Shown here: positions 1 through 11,521 of the stretch, piece after piece
Position numbering within the stretch: the first letter of the stretch is position 1
Layout of the letters: the number at the start of each line of letters is the position of its first letter
Assembly (NCBI GenBank): GCA_963741945.1
Contig: CAVUKA010000005.1
Location: 587,434-651,433 of the forward strand
From: an uncultured Gemmatimonadales bacterium
GTDB taxonomy: Bacteria > Gemmatimonadota > Gemmatimonadetes > Longimicrobiales > RSA9
Reading direction: 5' to 3'
DNA: 64,000 nt
Position numbers and translations under genes: made by a program
Notes under the pieces: generated by a model
Seen by the model: the letters and a program-made list of their open reading frames with translations, nothing else
What the model was told of the DNA's origin: nothing
Database searches by the model: none

Positions 1-4
1 GCCC

Positions 5-379
5 GTGGTACGGGCGGCCACCGTGCTGGTCTGGGCTTTTGCCGCCGCGTGCGCCGGCGCCGCGCTGGGTCCGCTGACCGCCACGGGGCCGTACTTCCGC
101 GGCAGCGCGCTCACTGCGGGCGCGACGCTCACGCTCTTCATCCTGGTGGCCGGGACCGCGTCCATCCGGCTCCCGGAGTCCGTGACGGCCGCGGCCACGG
201 TGGTGTACCTGATCGTGGCCGGCGTACTCTGGCTGCTGCTGCGGCTTTTCGACCTGGCGCTGGCCGCCCTGGACGCGGTCCTGGTCGGTTTCCGGCGACG
301 CCCGTCCCGCCGCCGCGCGCGGCCGGAGCGCCCCCGCACGCCCGTGAGCGCCCTTGGCTCCGGGCACGGGCCGAGCTAG
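5..379 (+). CDS. Hypothetical membrane protein (probably 5'-truncated by the window edge)
   Basis: ORF with about three hydrophobic segments and an Arg-rich tail; co-directional with the downstream ABC genes. Confidence 0.5.
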   Translation: MVRAATVLVWAFAAACAGAALGPLTATGPYFRGSALTAGATLTLFILVAGTASIRLPESVTAAATVVYLIVAGVLWLLLRLFDLALAALDAVLVGFRRRPSRRRARPERPRTPVSALGSGHGPS

Positions 380-389
380 CTTCTCGCGC

Positions 390-731
390 ATGAGCACACC
401 CGAGAAGGAGCGGCTGGAGCCCGGCCTCGATTTCACCCGGATCCTGGAAGTGGTGCGCTCGCCGCAGGCGAGGCCGCTGCTGCGGGAGGCCGCGTGGGCG
501 GCCGGGATCTGTGTGGCGCTGATCGTGGTATCGGCGGTGCTCCTGCCCCGGATCGCCTACACCGTCTACCTGACCGTGGGCGTCTTCTTCGCCGCGACGC
601 TCACGGGCGTGTTCGTCTCGCTGGTCGAGAACGAGACGGGCGACCGTCTGCTTCGCTCTCCCCTGCTCCGCCGCTGGCTCGCCGGCTTCGCCCTGGTCGT
701 TTCCTTCCTCGCCGCCATCATCCTGGTTTGA
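390..731 (+). CDS. Small hypothetical membrane protein
   Basis: ATG at 390 (MSTPEKERLEPG...), three hydrophobic segments; stop overlaps the TTG start of the next gene. Confidence 0.6.
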   Translation: MSTPEKERLEPGLDFTRILEVVRSPQARPLLREAAWAAGICVALIVVSAVLLPRIAYTVYLTVGVFFAATLTGVFVSLVENETGDRLLRSPLLRRWLAGFALVVSFLAAIILV

Positions 732-1696
732 CCGCACCCCGCACCGACAGTCCCGCCCTCCTGCTCGAGGACGTCTCCAAGCACTTCTCCGGACACACGG
801 CCGTGGACGGGCTCAGCCTGGCCATCCGCACCGGCTCCATCCACGGCCTCCTGGGCCCGAACGGCGCCGGCAAGTCCACCACGCTGCGGATGATCATGAA
901 CATCCTGCTGCGCGACGGCGGCCGGATCGAGGTGCTGGGGCGTGACCCCGAGCGGGACCGTGACGTTCTGCGGCAGGTGGGCTACCTGCCGGAGGAGCGG
1001 GGTCTGTACCGGCGGATGAGAGTGCTGGACGTCATCGTCTTCTTCGCCCGTCTGAAGGGGCTGAGCCGCGGCGAGGCGGCGGCGCGGGGGCGTGAATGGC
1101 TGGAGCGGCTCGGGCTCGACGAGTGGGCGGAGGAGCGCGTGGAGGCGCTGTCGAAGGGGATGCAGCAGAAAGTGCAGTTCATCACCACCGTGCTGCACGA
1201 GCCGCCGCTGCTGATCCTGGACGAGCCGCAGTCCGGACTCGACCCGGTCAACCAGGAAGTGCTGGCCGACACCATCCGCTCCGCCCGAGACGCCGGACGG
1301 ACGGTGGTGCTGAGCACGCACAACATGGCGCAGGCGGAGGAGCTGTGTGAGGAGGTCACGCTCATCGCCGGCGGCCGCAAGGTGCTGGAGGGCACCGTGC
1401 CCGAGCTCCGGCGTCAGCACCGCACCCCCCGCTTCCGCCTCGCGCTGGAGGACGGCGCCGGGGAGGGCATGGTGGCGGGGCTGGAGCCGGTGGCCACGGC
1501 CGAAGCCCGGGGTCGCACGTGGGAAGTGGAGCTCCGGCCGGGGCGCACCGGACGGGACCTCCTGGAAGCGGTGGTGGCCGCGCGCCTCCCCCTCGAGCGC
1601 TTCGAGCACGTCGAGCCGTCGCTCCACGAGATCTTCCTGGCCACCGTGGGCGGGGACGCGCCCCGGGCCGCGAGGCGGGAGGCGGTGCATGGCTGA
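728..1696 (+). CDS. ABC-2 type transporter ATP-binding protein (NatA/YhaQ-like)
   Basis: Walker A GPNGAGKST, signature LSKGMQQ, Walker B LLILDEP, H-loop STH; probable TTG start at 728. Confidence 0.92.
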   Translation: MTAPRTDSPALLLEDVSKHFSGHTAVDGLSLAIRTGSIHGLLGPNGAGKSTTLRMIMNILLRDGGRIEVLGRDPERDRDVLRQVGYLPEERGLYRRMRVLDVIVFFARLKGLSRGEAAARGREWLERLGLDEWAEERVEALSKGMQQKVQFITTVLHEPPLLILDEPQSGLDPVNQEVLADTIRSARDAGRTVVLSTHNMAQAEELCEEVTLIAGGRKVLEGTVPELRRQHRTPRFRLALEDGAGEGMVAGLEPVATAEARGRTWEVELRPGRTGRDLLEAVVAARLPLERFEHVEPSLHEIFLATVGGDAPRAARREAVHG

Positions 1697-3002
1697 GCTG
1701 CTGATCATCATCGAGCGGGAGTTCCGCGAGCGGGTCCAGACGCGCAGCTTCGTGGTGGGCACGCTCGCGTTCCCGGTCTTCCTCATCGCCATCCTCCTCC
1801 TGCCCACGCTGGGCGGGAGCTCGAGCGGGGAGCGGCGGCTCGTGGTGGTCGATGGCGCGCCCGCCGGCGTGGCCGACGTTTTCGTCCAGGCCATGCAGTC
1901 GCCGCGCGCCGAGGCCGCCGGAGCCGCGGCCGGGGCGCCGGCCGGGGCGGGCGAGGCGGAGGCGCCGCCCGGCTACGACATCCAGCGCGTCCCGCTCGCC
2001 AGCGCCGACTTCGACCGGCTCAACCGGCGGATCACCGGCAAGGAGCTGGACGCCTACGTGGTGCTCGGCCCCGCCACCGTGGACAGCGGCCGGGTGGAGC
2101 TGCGGGCGAGAAACATCACGAACCGGCTCCTGCTGCGCGACGTGCGTGCCGCCGCCACCGCCGCGGTCCAGACGCGGCGGCTCGGCTCGGCCGGGCTCGA
2201 CCCGTCGGTGGTGGGCCAGCTCATGCACCCGGTCACGGTGCGCACCGCGCGCATCACGGAAGCGGGGGAATCGGCGGGCAACGCCGAGAGCACGTTCTTC
2301 GTGGCCTACATCCTGGCGTTCATGGCCTACTTCGTCATCGCCATGTACGGGCACGCGGTCATGCGCAGCGTGATCCAGGAGAAGACCACGCGCATCTCGG
2401 AGATCCTGGTCTCGACGGTGCGCGCGGGTCGGCTCATGGGCGGGAAGATCGCGGGCGTGAGCGCCGCCGCCCTCCTCCAGCTGGCGGTCTGGGCGGCGAT
2501 CATCATGCTCGTGACCAGCCAGTCCGACCTCCTGCGCGAACAGTTCGGCGTATCCGCATCCACCATGGACGCCGTGCGGCTCCCGGGCGGCATCGTGGCG
2601 GCGCTGCTCGCTTTCTTCGTGCTCGGGTTCCTGGTCTACGCGTCGCTGTTCGCCGGCCTCGGCGCGTCCATGAGCACGGAGCAGGAAGCGCAGCCCTACC
2701 AGATGATGCTCATGCTCCCGCTCTTCCTCCCCCTCCTCTTCCTCGGCGCCATCACCAACGAGCCGGACGGCGCCATCGCCACCTTCCTCGGGCTCTTCCC
2801 CCTCACCGCCCCCGTGGCCATGCCCATGCGCCTCGCCGCCGCGCCCGCGAACTGGTCGCAGGTGGGCGTCGCCCTCGCCATCATGGTCCTCACCGCCGCC
2901 CTCATCGCCTGGGTCGCCGGCAAGATCTATCGCGCCGGGATCCTGGCCACCGGGAAGAAAGCCACGCTCCACGAGCTCGTGCGCTGGATCCGGGCCGCCT
3001 GA
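1689..3002 (+). CDS. ABC-2 type transporter permease (NatB/YhaP-like)
   Basis: IIEREF start, EKTTRISEILVS motif, GKIAG, multiple TM segments; overlaps the ATPase stop. Confidence 0.9.
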   Translation: MAELLIIIEREFRERVQTRSFVVGTLAFPVFLIAILLLPTLGGSSSGERRLVVVDGAPAGVADVFVQAMQSPRAEAAGAAAGAPAGAGEAEAPPGYDIQRVPLASADFDRLNRRITGKELDAYVVLGPATVDSGRVELRARNITNRLLLRDVRAAATAAVQTRRLGSAGLDPSVVGQLMHPVTVRTARITEAGESAGNAESTFFVAYILAFMAYFVIAMYGHAVMRSVIQEKTTRISEILVSTVRAGRLMGGKIAGVSAAALLQLAVWAAIIMLVTSQSDLLREQFGVSASTMDAVRLPGGIVAALLAFFVLGFLVYASLFAGLGASMSTEQEAQPYQMMLMLPLFLPLLFLGAITNEPDGAIATFLGLFPLTAPVAMPMRLAAAPANWSQVGVALAIMVLTAALIAWVAGKIYRAGILATGKKATLHELVRWIRAA

Positions 3003-3090
3003 GCGCTCGCTGAACGGCCGTATTCCCCCCTCACGACGGTACGGTTCGTGCGCCTCATCGCGCACGAACGAACGTCGGAGGGAGGGTAGC

Positions 3091-4170
3091 TTGGTCGTTT
3101 CGATCCTGGTCACCATTGGCGTGCTGGCGCTGCTCATCCTGGTCCACGAGCTGGGCCATTTCGCGGCCGCCCGCTGGCTGGACATCCGCGTGCCCCGCTT
3201 CTCCATCGGCCTCGGCCCGAAGCTTTTCGGATTCCGCCGCGGCGAGACCGAGTTCCGCCTTTCCGCGCTTCCGCTGGGCGGCTACGTGAAGATCGCGGGG
3301 CTCGAGGAGATGAGCGCGCTGGAGGGCGGCGACGAGGAACAGGCCGGGGCCGACCCGGAGCGGACGTTCGAAGCGAAATCCGCCGCCGGTCGCGCCCTCG
3401 TCCTCTCCGCCGGCGTGGCCATGAACGCGCTCCTCGCGGTCGTCCTGTTCGCCGCCGTGGCAGCCATCTGGGGCGCTCCCGTCCCGCCGCCTCCCGTGGT
3501 GGGCCACGTGATCGAGAAGTGGGTGCCGGCCAGCGCGGCCGCGCTCCTGGACATCGAACCGGGGGCCCGCGTGACGCGGGTGGGAACGCGCAGCGTCTCG
3601 GACATGGACGACGTGGCCCGCGCGATCATGGCGGCGCGCGCCGGGCCGCTCACCCTCCGCTTCGCCGACCGGCCGCCCATCACCATCCGCATTCCACGGA
3701 ACGCGGCGGAGCGGCGCTTCCTCCCGCTGGCGCTGGAGCCGCCATCGAACGCCCCCGCGCGCGTGCGCAAGGGTCCCGCCGCCGCCCTGGGCTGGGGCGT
3801 CTCGCAGAGCTGGGACATCGTCACCCTCGTGGGCGACTTCGTCAGTGGGCTCTTCGATGGCCGGCACTCCGCCCGGGAGCTGGGCGGCCCCATCCTCATC
3901 GGGCAGCTCAGCGGCGCCACGGCACGGGCCGGGCTCCCCGTCTTCCTCATGTTCGTCGCCATGCTCTCCATCAACCTGGCGATCATCAACCTCCTCCCCA
4001 TCCCCGCGCTGGACGGCGGGCACCTGCTGTTCCTGCTCGTGGAAGTGGTCCGGGGTCGCCCCGCGCCGCGAAAGGTCCGGGTGGCGCTGGGCAGGGCTGG
4101 CGTGGCCATCGTCGCCATGCTGATGGTCTGGGCCGTCACCAGCGACGTGCTGCGCGTGCTCGGGCTGTGA
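3091..4170 (+). CDS. M50 site-2 zinc metalloprotease (RseP-like) with PDZ-like insert
   Basis: HELGH zinc motif, FSIGLGP, LPLGGYV, NLLPIPALDGGH. Confidence 0.9.
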   Translation: MVVSILVTIGVLALLILVHELGHFAAARWLDIRVPRFSIGLGPKLFGFRRGETEFRLSALPLGGYVKIAGLEEMSALEGGDEEQAGADPERTFEAKSAAGRALVLSAGVAMNALLAVVLFAAVAAIWGAPVPPPPVVGHVIEKWVPASAAALLDIEPGARVTRVGTRSVSDMDDVARAIMAARAGPLTLRFADRPPITIRIPRNAAERRFLPLALEPPSNAPARVRKGPAAALGWGVSQSWDIVTLVGDFVSGLFDGRHSARELGGPILIGQLSGATARAGLPVFLMFVAMLSINLAIINLLPIPALDGGHLLFLLVEVVRGRPAPRKVRVALGRAGVAIVAMLMVWAVTSDVLRVLGL

Positions 4171-4183
4171 GACGGCGAGACGC

Positions 4184-4366
4184 TCAGTAGCGGCGGCGGT
4201 TCGGGACGAACGCGAAGAGGAGCAGGATGGCGGCCACCGCCAGCAGCACGAGAACCGTCAGGTCGCCGCTCCGCGCCCAGTCGGCGATGTGACCGCCCAC
4301 GCCCGCGAAGAAGACCACGACCGCGTGGACGCCCGTGCGTGCGACGGCCATGAACCGCTCGAGCAT
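4184..4366 (-). CDS. Small hypothetical membrane protein (60 aa)
   Basis: MLERFMAV...LVLLAVAAILLLFAFVPNRRRY; C-terminal TM helix; ATG at 4366. Confidence 0.45.
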   Translation of the reverse strand: MLERFMAVARTGVHAVVVFFAGVGGHIADWARSGDLTVLVLLAVAAILLLFAFVPNRRRY

Positions 4367-4565
4367 CCTGTGACTCCGTGCCGGTGAACGGGGGAAGCGC
4401 CTGCCCTTTACTCCGTAACAGCGAACGCGCGCGCAGTCAATGATCCACGGCCTCGCGCCTCCCCCGCAAAAGTGTTCCATCCCGGCACAAACTAGCCGCT
4501 TCCCTCCCCTGACACGGACGTCGACACCCTCGTAACTCCTTGGCGCCGCGGTAGTTGATGAGGGT

Positions 4566-6209
4566 GTGACCATGGGGCACATCGATTGCCCCCTCTCGGG
4601 CCCGGCCGCAGGAGCGTGGGCGGCCGCCACCGACCCCGGACAACCGAGAAGCTCGATGATGACGCAGGGTGCAGCGCTGATGGAGCAGATGGACCCGCCG
4701 CGGCCGGGGCGCATGGTCTCGACGGGGATCGGCGCGCTGGACACTCGCCTGGGGACGCTGGTGCCCGGGCGCCACTACGCGGTCACGGGCGAGCCCGGCT
4801 CGGGGAAGACCACGGTGGCGCTGCACTTCATCGCCGCGGGCCTGGAGGCGGGCGAGCAGTGCGCCATCGTGACCCAGGAATCGGCCGGGGACCTGCTGGC
4901 GCACGCGGACCACATCGGGTGCGAGCTCCGCTCTGCGCTGCGCGACGGGCGGCTGGTGCTGGTGCGGATCCGGCCGGACTTCCCGCGCCGGTACGGCCGG
5001 CTCCGGAAGCCGGCGGCGGTGCGGGAAGAGCTCGGGGAGCTGCTGGCGGAGCGGGGCATGCTCCCGGACCGGCTGGTCATCGACTCGGCGGCCCCGTTCC
5101 TCGATGGCTCCCGGGGCTCCGGCGAGCTGGTGGACGTTCTGGGTGACTTCCTGGACGATGCCCGCGGCACCACGTACCTGACGGTCCCGGGCGAGCCCGG
5201 CGGTGGGCGGGGTCGGTTCCACGACCGCGTGATCACTTCCGCGGCCGGCGTGTTCCACGTGAGCCGCTCGGGCGGGGAGCGCCGGGAGCTGTCGATCCGG
5301 AAGCTGCGCCAGAAAGCCCACCGCGCGGACCCGTTCCTGTTCGACATCCGGCCGGGCGTGGGCATCGTGGACGGGATCCGCAGCTGGGAGCCCGAAGCGC
5401 AGCCCGACGAAGCGCGGCAGCGGGTGCTGGTGCTGGATGAGCACGGCGTCATCCCCGGCCACTTCCTGGCGGCCCTCGGGGAGAGCTTCACCCTCGATCG
5501 GTTCGGCAGCCTGGAAACGGGGTTCAGCGACATCGTGGGCGGCGGCTACGGCGCGCTCGTCCTCGGGCTGGACCCGTACCACCCCAACCTCACGCTGGAC
5601 CTGGCATACTCCCTCAGGAACTCCGGAAACGGCGCGCCGATCCTGTTCATCGCGCCGCGGGAAGGGCTGCGAGACAGCACGCGCGTGCGCGCGCTCAGGG
5701 CCGGCGCGGACGACTTCCTCACCGACGAGGCATCGCCAGTGGAAGTCCTCGAGCGCGTGGACGCCGCCACGGGGCGCGGGCCGCGGCGCGGATCGCCGGC
5801 CATCTCGCAGTCGCCGGTGCAGCCCGTGGACGCACGGGGGCGGCCGCGGCTCATGACGCCCGGGGAGCTCTCGAACGCCATCGAACGCGTCACTTCGGAT
5901 CCGAGCCCGCCAATGTTCGCGCTGCTGGCGATCCGGCCGCGGGGCGGCCCCGGCGAGGCGTGGACGATCCTGCAGGACCGCGTTCGCCTGAAGGACGGTG
6001 ACCTGGTCGCGCTGCTCGACGACCGGAGCATCGCCGTCGTCCTGGCCCACGTGGACGCCGACACGGCGCTGGACCTCGCGGTGCGCCTGCGCGCAGGGAA
6101 TCCGGGCGAGTACGAGCTGCTCACCTTCCCGGCCGACCGGGACGCCATTCACCACCGCTTCGGCGGGGAGCCGTCCCCCCGACCGCTCGCGATTCACGGG
6201 AGCCATTGA
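4566..6209 (+). CDS. KaiC/RAD55-like P-loop ATPase fused to atypical receiver and degenerate GGDEF-like domain (copy 1)
   Basis: STGIGALD, Walker A GEPGSGKT, RLVIDS, RELSIRKLR; REC-like RVLVLDE...APILFI...ALRAGADDFL; C-terminal RLKDGDLVALLDDRSIAVVL. True start may be a later Met. Confidence 0.8.
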   Translation: MTMGHIDCPLSGPAAGAWAAATDPGQPRSSMMTQGAALMEQMDPPRPGRMVSTGIGALDTRLGTLVPGRHYAVTGEPGSGKTTVALHFIAAGLEAGEQCAIVTQESAGDLLAHADHIGCELRSALRDGRLVLVRIRPDFPRRYGRLRKPAAVREELGELLAERGMLPDRLVIDSAAPFLDGSRGSGELVDVLGDFLDDARGTTYLTVPGEPGGGRGRFHDRVITSAAGVFHVSRSGGERRELSIRKLRQKAHRADPFLFDIRPGVGIVDGIRSWEPEAQPDEARQRVLVLDEHGVIPGHFLAALGESFTLDRFGSLETGFSDIVGGGYGALVLGLDPYHPNLTLDLAYSLRNSGNGAPILFIAPREGLRDSTRVRALRAGADDFLTDEASPVEVLERVDAATGRGPRRGSPAISQSPVQPVDARGRPRLMTPGELSNAIERVTSDPSPPMFALLAIRPRGGPGEAWTILQDRVRLKDGDLVALLDDRSIAVVLAHVDADTALDLAVRLRAGNPGEYELLTFPADRDAIHHRFGGEPSPRPLAIHGSH

Positions 6210-6210
6210 C

Positions 6211-6531
6211 ATGACACCGGACCAGATCCTCGCGCTCGCCATCCTCGTCACCGTGCTCGCCATCGTCGCCATGATCGTGCTGGCGGCCGCCGGATACCTG
6301 GTCTTCCGGCTCCGGGCCGGCGCCGCCGATCGGGGCGCCGACAGCGATGCCGCAGAGGCCACACCGGGCAGGCCGTACTTCTTCGAGCGCATCGGGCTGC
6401 CGGAAGCGGATGGCCTGGCCGATTCCGTGCCCGGAGGCCGCGGGCGCACGGTAACGCCACCACGGGGAAAGGGATGGCCGGGTTGTCCCGTGATGGAACA
6501 AGACCCTTGTAACCCCGGGGACACCCGCTAG
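6211..6531 (+). CDS. Small single-pass membrane protein
   Basis: ATG at 6211 directly after the upstream stop; strongly hydrophobic N-terminal helix; C-terminal end uncertain. Confidence 0.55.
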   Translation: MTPDQILALAILVTVLAIVAMIVLAAAGYLVFRLRAGAADRGADSDAAEATPGRPYFFERIGLPEADGLADSVPGGRGRTVTPPRGKGWPGCPVMEQDPCNPGDTR

Positions 6532-6612
6532 ATTGGCACCCTGACCGGCGCGCCAGTCCGGCGCGCGGACCTCCCGCGGACCACAGCCCTTCGCAACCGG
6601 AACGAGACGCGC

Positions 6613-8348
6613 GTGTCGCTGCGAGCGAAAATCCTGCTCCTCTTCTTCGGCTTCGCCCTGCTGCCGGTGCTGCTGCTCGGCGCGGGCGACTACCTGCAGT
6701 CGGTGGACGCGCTGCGCGCGGTCATCGAGGCGCGCGGCGAAGCGCTGGCCACGCAGGCCGCCGGGGAGCTGGAGCGGGAGTACGCGGACGCCACGTCCAG
6801 CCTCCGCTCCGTGGCGGAGCGCGTGGCGCTCCAGCAGGCCCGCGGATCCGCGATCGCGCTCGACGGGCCGCCGCCCGCCCCGTTCTCCTCCATCATCCTC
6901 GAGCTGCCCGGCCGCAAGGCGCGCGTCCTCTTCGAGGGCGGCGGTTCGGTGGGCATCGACAGCGGCTGTCCGGCGGAGCCGCGGGAGCTGCGGATCGCGG
7001 TGGCGCTGCCGGGCGCCGCGGCCGGCGCCCGGCTGGAGGGTGTTGTCGCCATGTCCAGGCTCCTCGGCGGGGCGCCCTCGCTGGCCGCGCACGTGGGGCA
7101 GCTGGGATTCAGCCGCCTGGTCGAGCGCAGCTCGGGACGGCCGCTGTACACGTCCGACTGCGCGCGGGTGGAGGGGCTGCCGTGGCCGCCGTTCGTGCCG
7201 GGCGCCCTCGATCCGCTGGTGGAGCGGCGCACGGTGGCGTACCATCGGCCGGGCGAGGGGACGTGGCGCGCTTCCGCCGCGGTGGCGCCCGGTCCCGGCT
7301 GGCTCGTCACCGTGCATTCCAGCGACGAGGAGTTCGTCGGCCCCTTCCGCCAGAGCCGCATGTTCTACATCGGGCTCGCGCTCCTGGTCCTGTCCGCCGC
7401 CGCGCTCTTCTTTTCCGTCCTGGCCCAGAACTCGTTCCGCTCCCTCGGCGCCCTGGCGGCCGCGGCCGATGCCGTCCGCCTCGGCAACCTGAACCCGTGG
7501 CTCCCGCCCCCGGGGGACGACGAGGTCGGCCGGCTCACGCTGGCCTTCCGCAAGATGATGGACCGGCTCGATGACTCGATCCGGCAGAGCGAGCTGAACC
7601 AGAAGATGGCGGCCGTGGGGGAGCTGGCCTCGTACCTGTCGCACGAGATCCGCAACCCGCTCAGCTCGATCCGCCTCTCGCTCCAGAGCCTCCGCCGCTC
7701 CCTCGACCGCGGCCGCCTCCCCGAAGACGCGCCCCGCATCCTCGAGATCGCGCTCAGCGAGGTGAACCGCCTCGATGGCGTGGTGCGCACGGTCCTCGAG
7801 ATGGGGCGCCCGGCCGGCCGCGGACGCGCGGGCGCCTGCTCGGTCCACGACAATCTTGGCGAAGCGCTCCAGGTGCTGGGGCCCAAGATGACCGCCCGCG
7901 GCGTCGACGTTCAGCTCGCCCGCGGCGCCGAGCCCGACCGCGTCTTCTGCGATCCCGAGTCGCTCCGGGGCGTCTGGATCAACCTGCTGGTGAACGCGCT
8001 GGACGCGCTCCAGGACCGGCCGGAGCCGCGCGTCCGCATCAGCACGTGGACCGATTCCGGGAACGGAGAGGTCGTGGTCCGGATGGCCGACAACGGCCCC
8101 GGCGTTCCCCCAGGCCTCGCCCGCTCCATCTTCGAGCCGTTCTTCACCACCAAGCCGCGCGGCAACGGCATCGGCCTCTCCATGGCCGTTCGCGTCCTGC
8201 AGCGCTTCGGCGGCGGCATCGCCTGCGAGCCCGTCGCCGCCGGCACGGGCGCGGCGTTCGTCATCCGCCTCCAGCTCGCCGCCTCCGATGCCCCGGCCGC
8301 CGAGGGCGCCACGACCGAAGAAACCCCTGTACTCGCGGGAGCCCGTTG

Positions 8349-8349
<1 letters not shown>
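6613..8349 (+). CDS. HAMP-domain sensor histidine kinase
   Basis: Two TM segments, HAMP (DEVGRL), H-box SHEIRNPL, N-box NLLVNA, G1 DNGPG, FEPFFTTK, GIGLS. Confidence 0.93.
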
Positions 8350-9724
<1,375 letters not shown>

Positions 9725-9728
<4 letters not shown>

Positions 9729-11521
9729 CACCCCGCTCTCCCGAACGCGCGCTGCTGCGCCGGCCACCTGCGTGGCCATGGATGGTCACGACCGCCGGGA
9801 TACTGATGACTGCCGCGGCGGCTCGCGGGCGCCGCTGGCCCGACCTCCTTCGGGGGCAGCTCTCCGACCCCGACGGGTACATGCGCCTCGTCCGAGTGCG
9901 TGAGCTTGTCCGGTCTCCGCTGAGCTGGTATCACGCCGAGATCTGGCGGAGCAACGTGCCGTTCGGCGAAGCCATGCACTGGACGCGCCCCCTGGACGCG
10001 CTGCTCGCTCTCGTGGCGCTTCCCCTCGAGCCGGTGATCGGCGCCAGCGCCGTTCTGGTTGCGGGTCTGGTGGTGCCGCCGCTCCTGCTTCTGGCTAGCT
10101 GCGTGGCGGCTGCATGGATGGTACGGCCGCTCGTCCGCGACCTCCATCCCGCCATGACCGCGCTCTTCGTCCTCGGTCAGCCGCTGGTCGTGAGCTATGG
10201 CCTCCCCGGGCGCGCCGACCATCACCTCCTCATCCTTCTCCTGGCCGCGCTGGTGCTCGGCGCCGCGGTCCGCATCGCCGAGGGGCGGAACGCCATCGAG
10301 GCGGCGCGGTTCGGCGGGATCGCGGCCGCCCTGGGAATCTGGGTGAGCACCGAGGCGCTGTTCGCCTACGGAATCGCCACCGTGCTGCTCGGACTGCCGT
10401 GGCTGACGGAATCGCGGGAGAGCCACTGGGCTCGCGTCAACGCCAGATTCCATGGATGGGCCGCGCTGGGGCTGGCGGCCGCCATCCTCCTGGAGCGTCC
10501 CTACACTCAGTGGCTGACCCTCAGTCTCGATCGGATCAGCGCGGTCCATCTCATCCTTGCCATGGGCCTTGTCCTCTTCTGGGCATTCGCCTCCGGCGTT
10601 CGGGCCCGGGGCGTTCGGCGCCGCGCGGCCCTCGCCGCAATGGGAGCGGCCATGCTCCTCACGACCCTCAGCGCCATGGCACCCGGTTTCGCGGCCGGCC
10701 CCTTCGCCCGCGTCGATCCGGGACTCCGCACACTATGGCTGAGCCACGTCCAGGAGTTCCTGCCGGTGCCGTGGAGTCCCGGGAGGGCGCTGGCCTATTT
10801 CGGCGCACCGCTCACGGCAATGGTCGGGTTGCCGCTGCTACTCCGGCCGGGCAGCGGGGGCAGGCGTGGAGTGGCCGTGCTGGCGTTCCCGCTCCTGCTC
10901 GCCTCCGTGATGGGCGTTGCACAGGTGCGATGGCTGCTGTACGCGCAGCTGATCGCGGCGGCCCTGCTGGCGGTGTACGTGTCCCGGGTCCGCGAACGGC
11001 TATCCGAAAGCCTTCCGCACCGCCTCCTGAAGGCGCTGGTGGTTGTCATAGCGGCCACCGCCTGGCTTGTGGGCGGGGGGGTGATCGACGCCTTCATCCA
11101 CCCGGCTCCGCGCGTAGCCGACAGCGTTCCCGCATGCGGCGAGCGGGATGTGATCTCCGCCCTCCAGGGTGCTGGATTCAGCGGGCCACAGGTGGTGGCC
11201 GCCCACGTAGACTTCGGGCCCGCGATCCTGTTCCGAACCCGTGATGCCGTGGTCGCCGCCCCGTACCACCGCAATTCGGGCACCCTCGCCGTCTACCAGG
11301 CGCTCAACGCGGTGGATCCGGAGCGCGCCAGAACCATCCTCCGGGCACGCCGGGTCGACCTCGTGGTCGTGTGCCCGGGCCACGACGAACCGTTCTTCCA
11401 AAAGCGGGTCCAGGGCGCGGAGACGCTTTTCGGGCATCTCGCCGCCGGGGATCCGCCTCCATGGCTGGCACCTCTCCCCCGTGGTTCCGGGGGTGCGGTC
11501 CTTTACCAGGTCCGGGAATGA
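9725..11521 (+). CDS. Multi-pass GT-C-fold glycosyltransferase-like protein (STT3/AglB-like), copy 1
   Basis: DPDGYMRLVRV, MHWTRPLD, GRADHH, many TM segments, C-terminal soluble domain AHVDFGP...AAPYHRN; TTG at 9725 overlaps the regulator stop. Confidence 0.65.

Noticed and set aside
4465-4497. Divergent sigma-54-like motifs upstream of KaiC-like copy 1 (TGGAACACTTTTGC on minus, CGGCACAAACTAGC on plus)
   Set aside because: GG-to-GC spacing is 9 rather than the required 10 in both; unsupported unless an indel error is shown.
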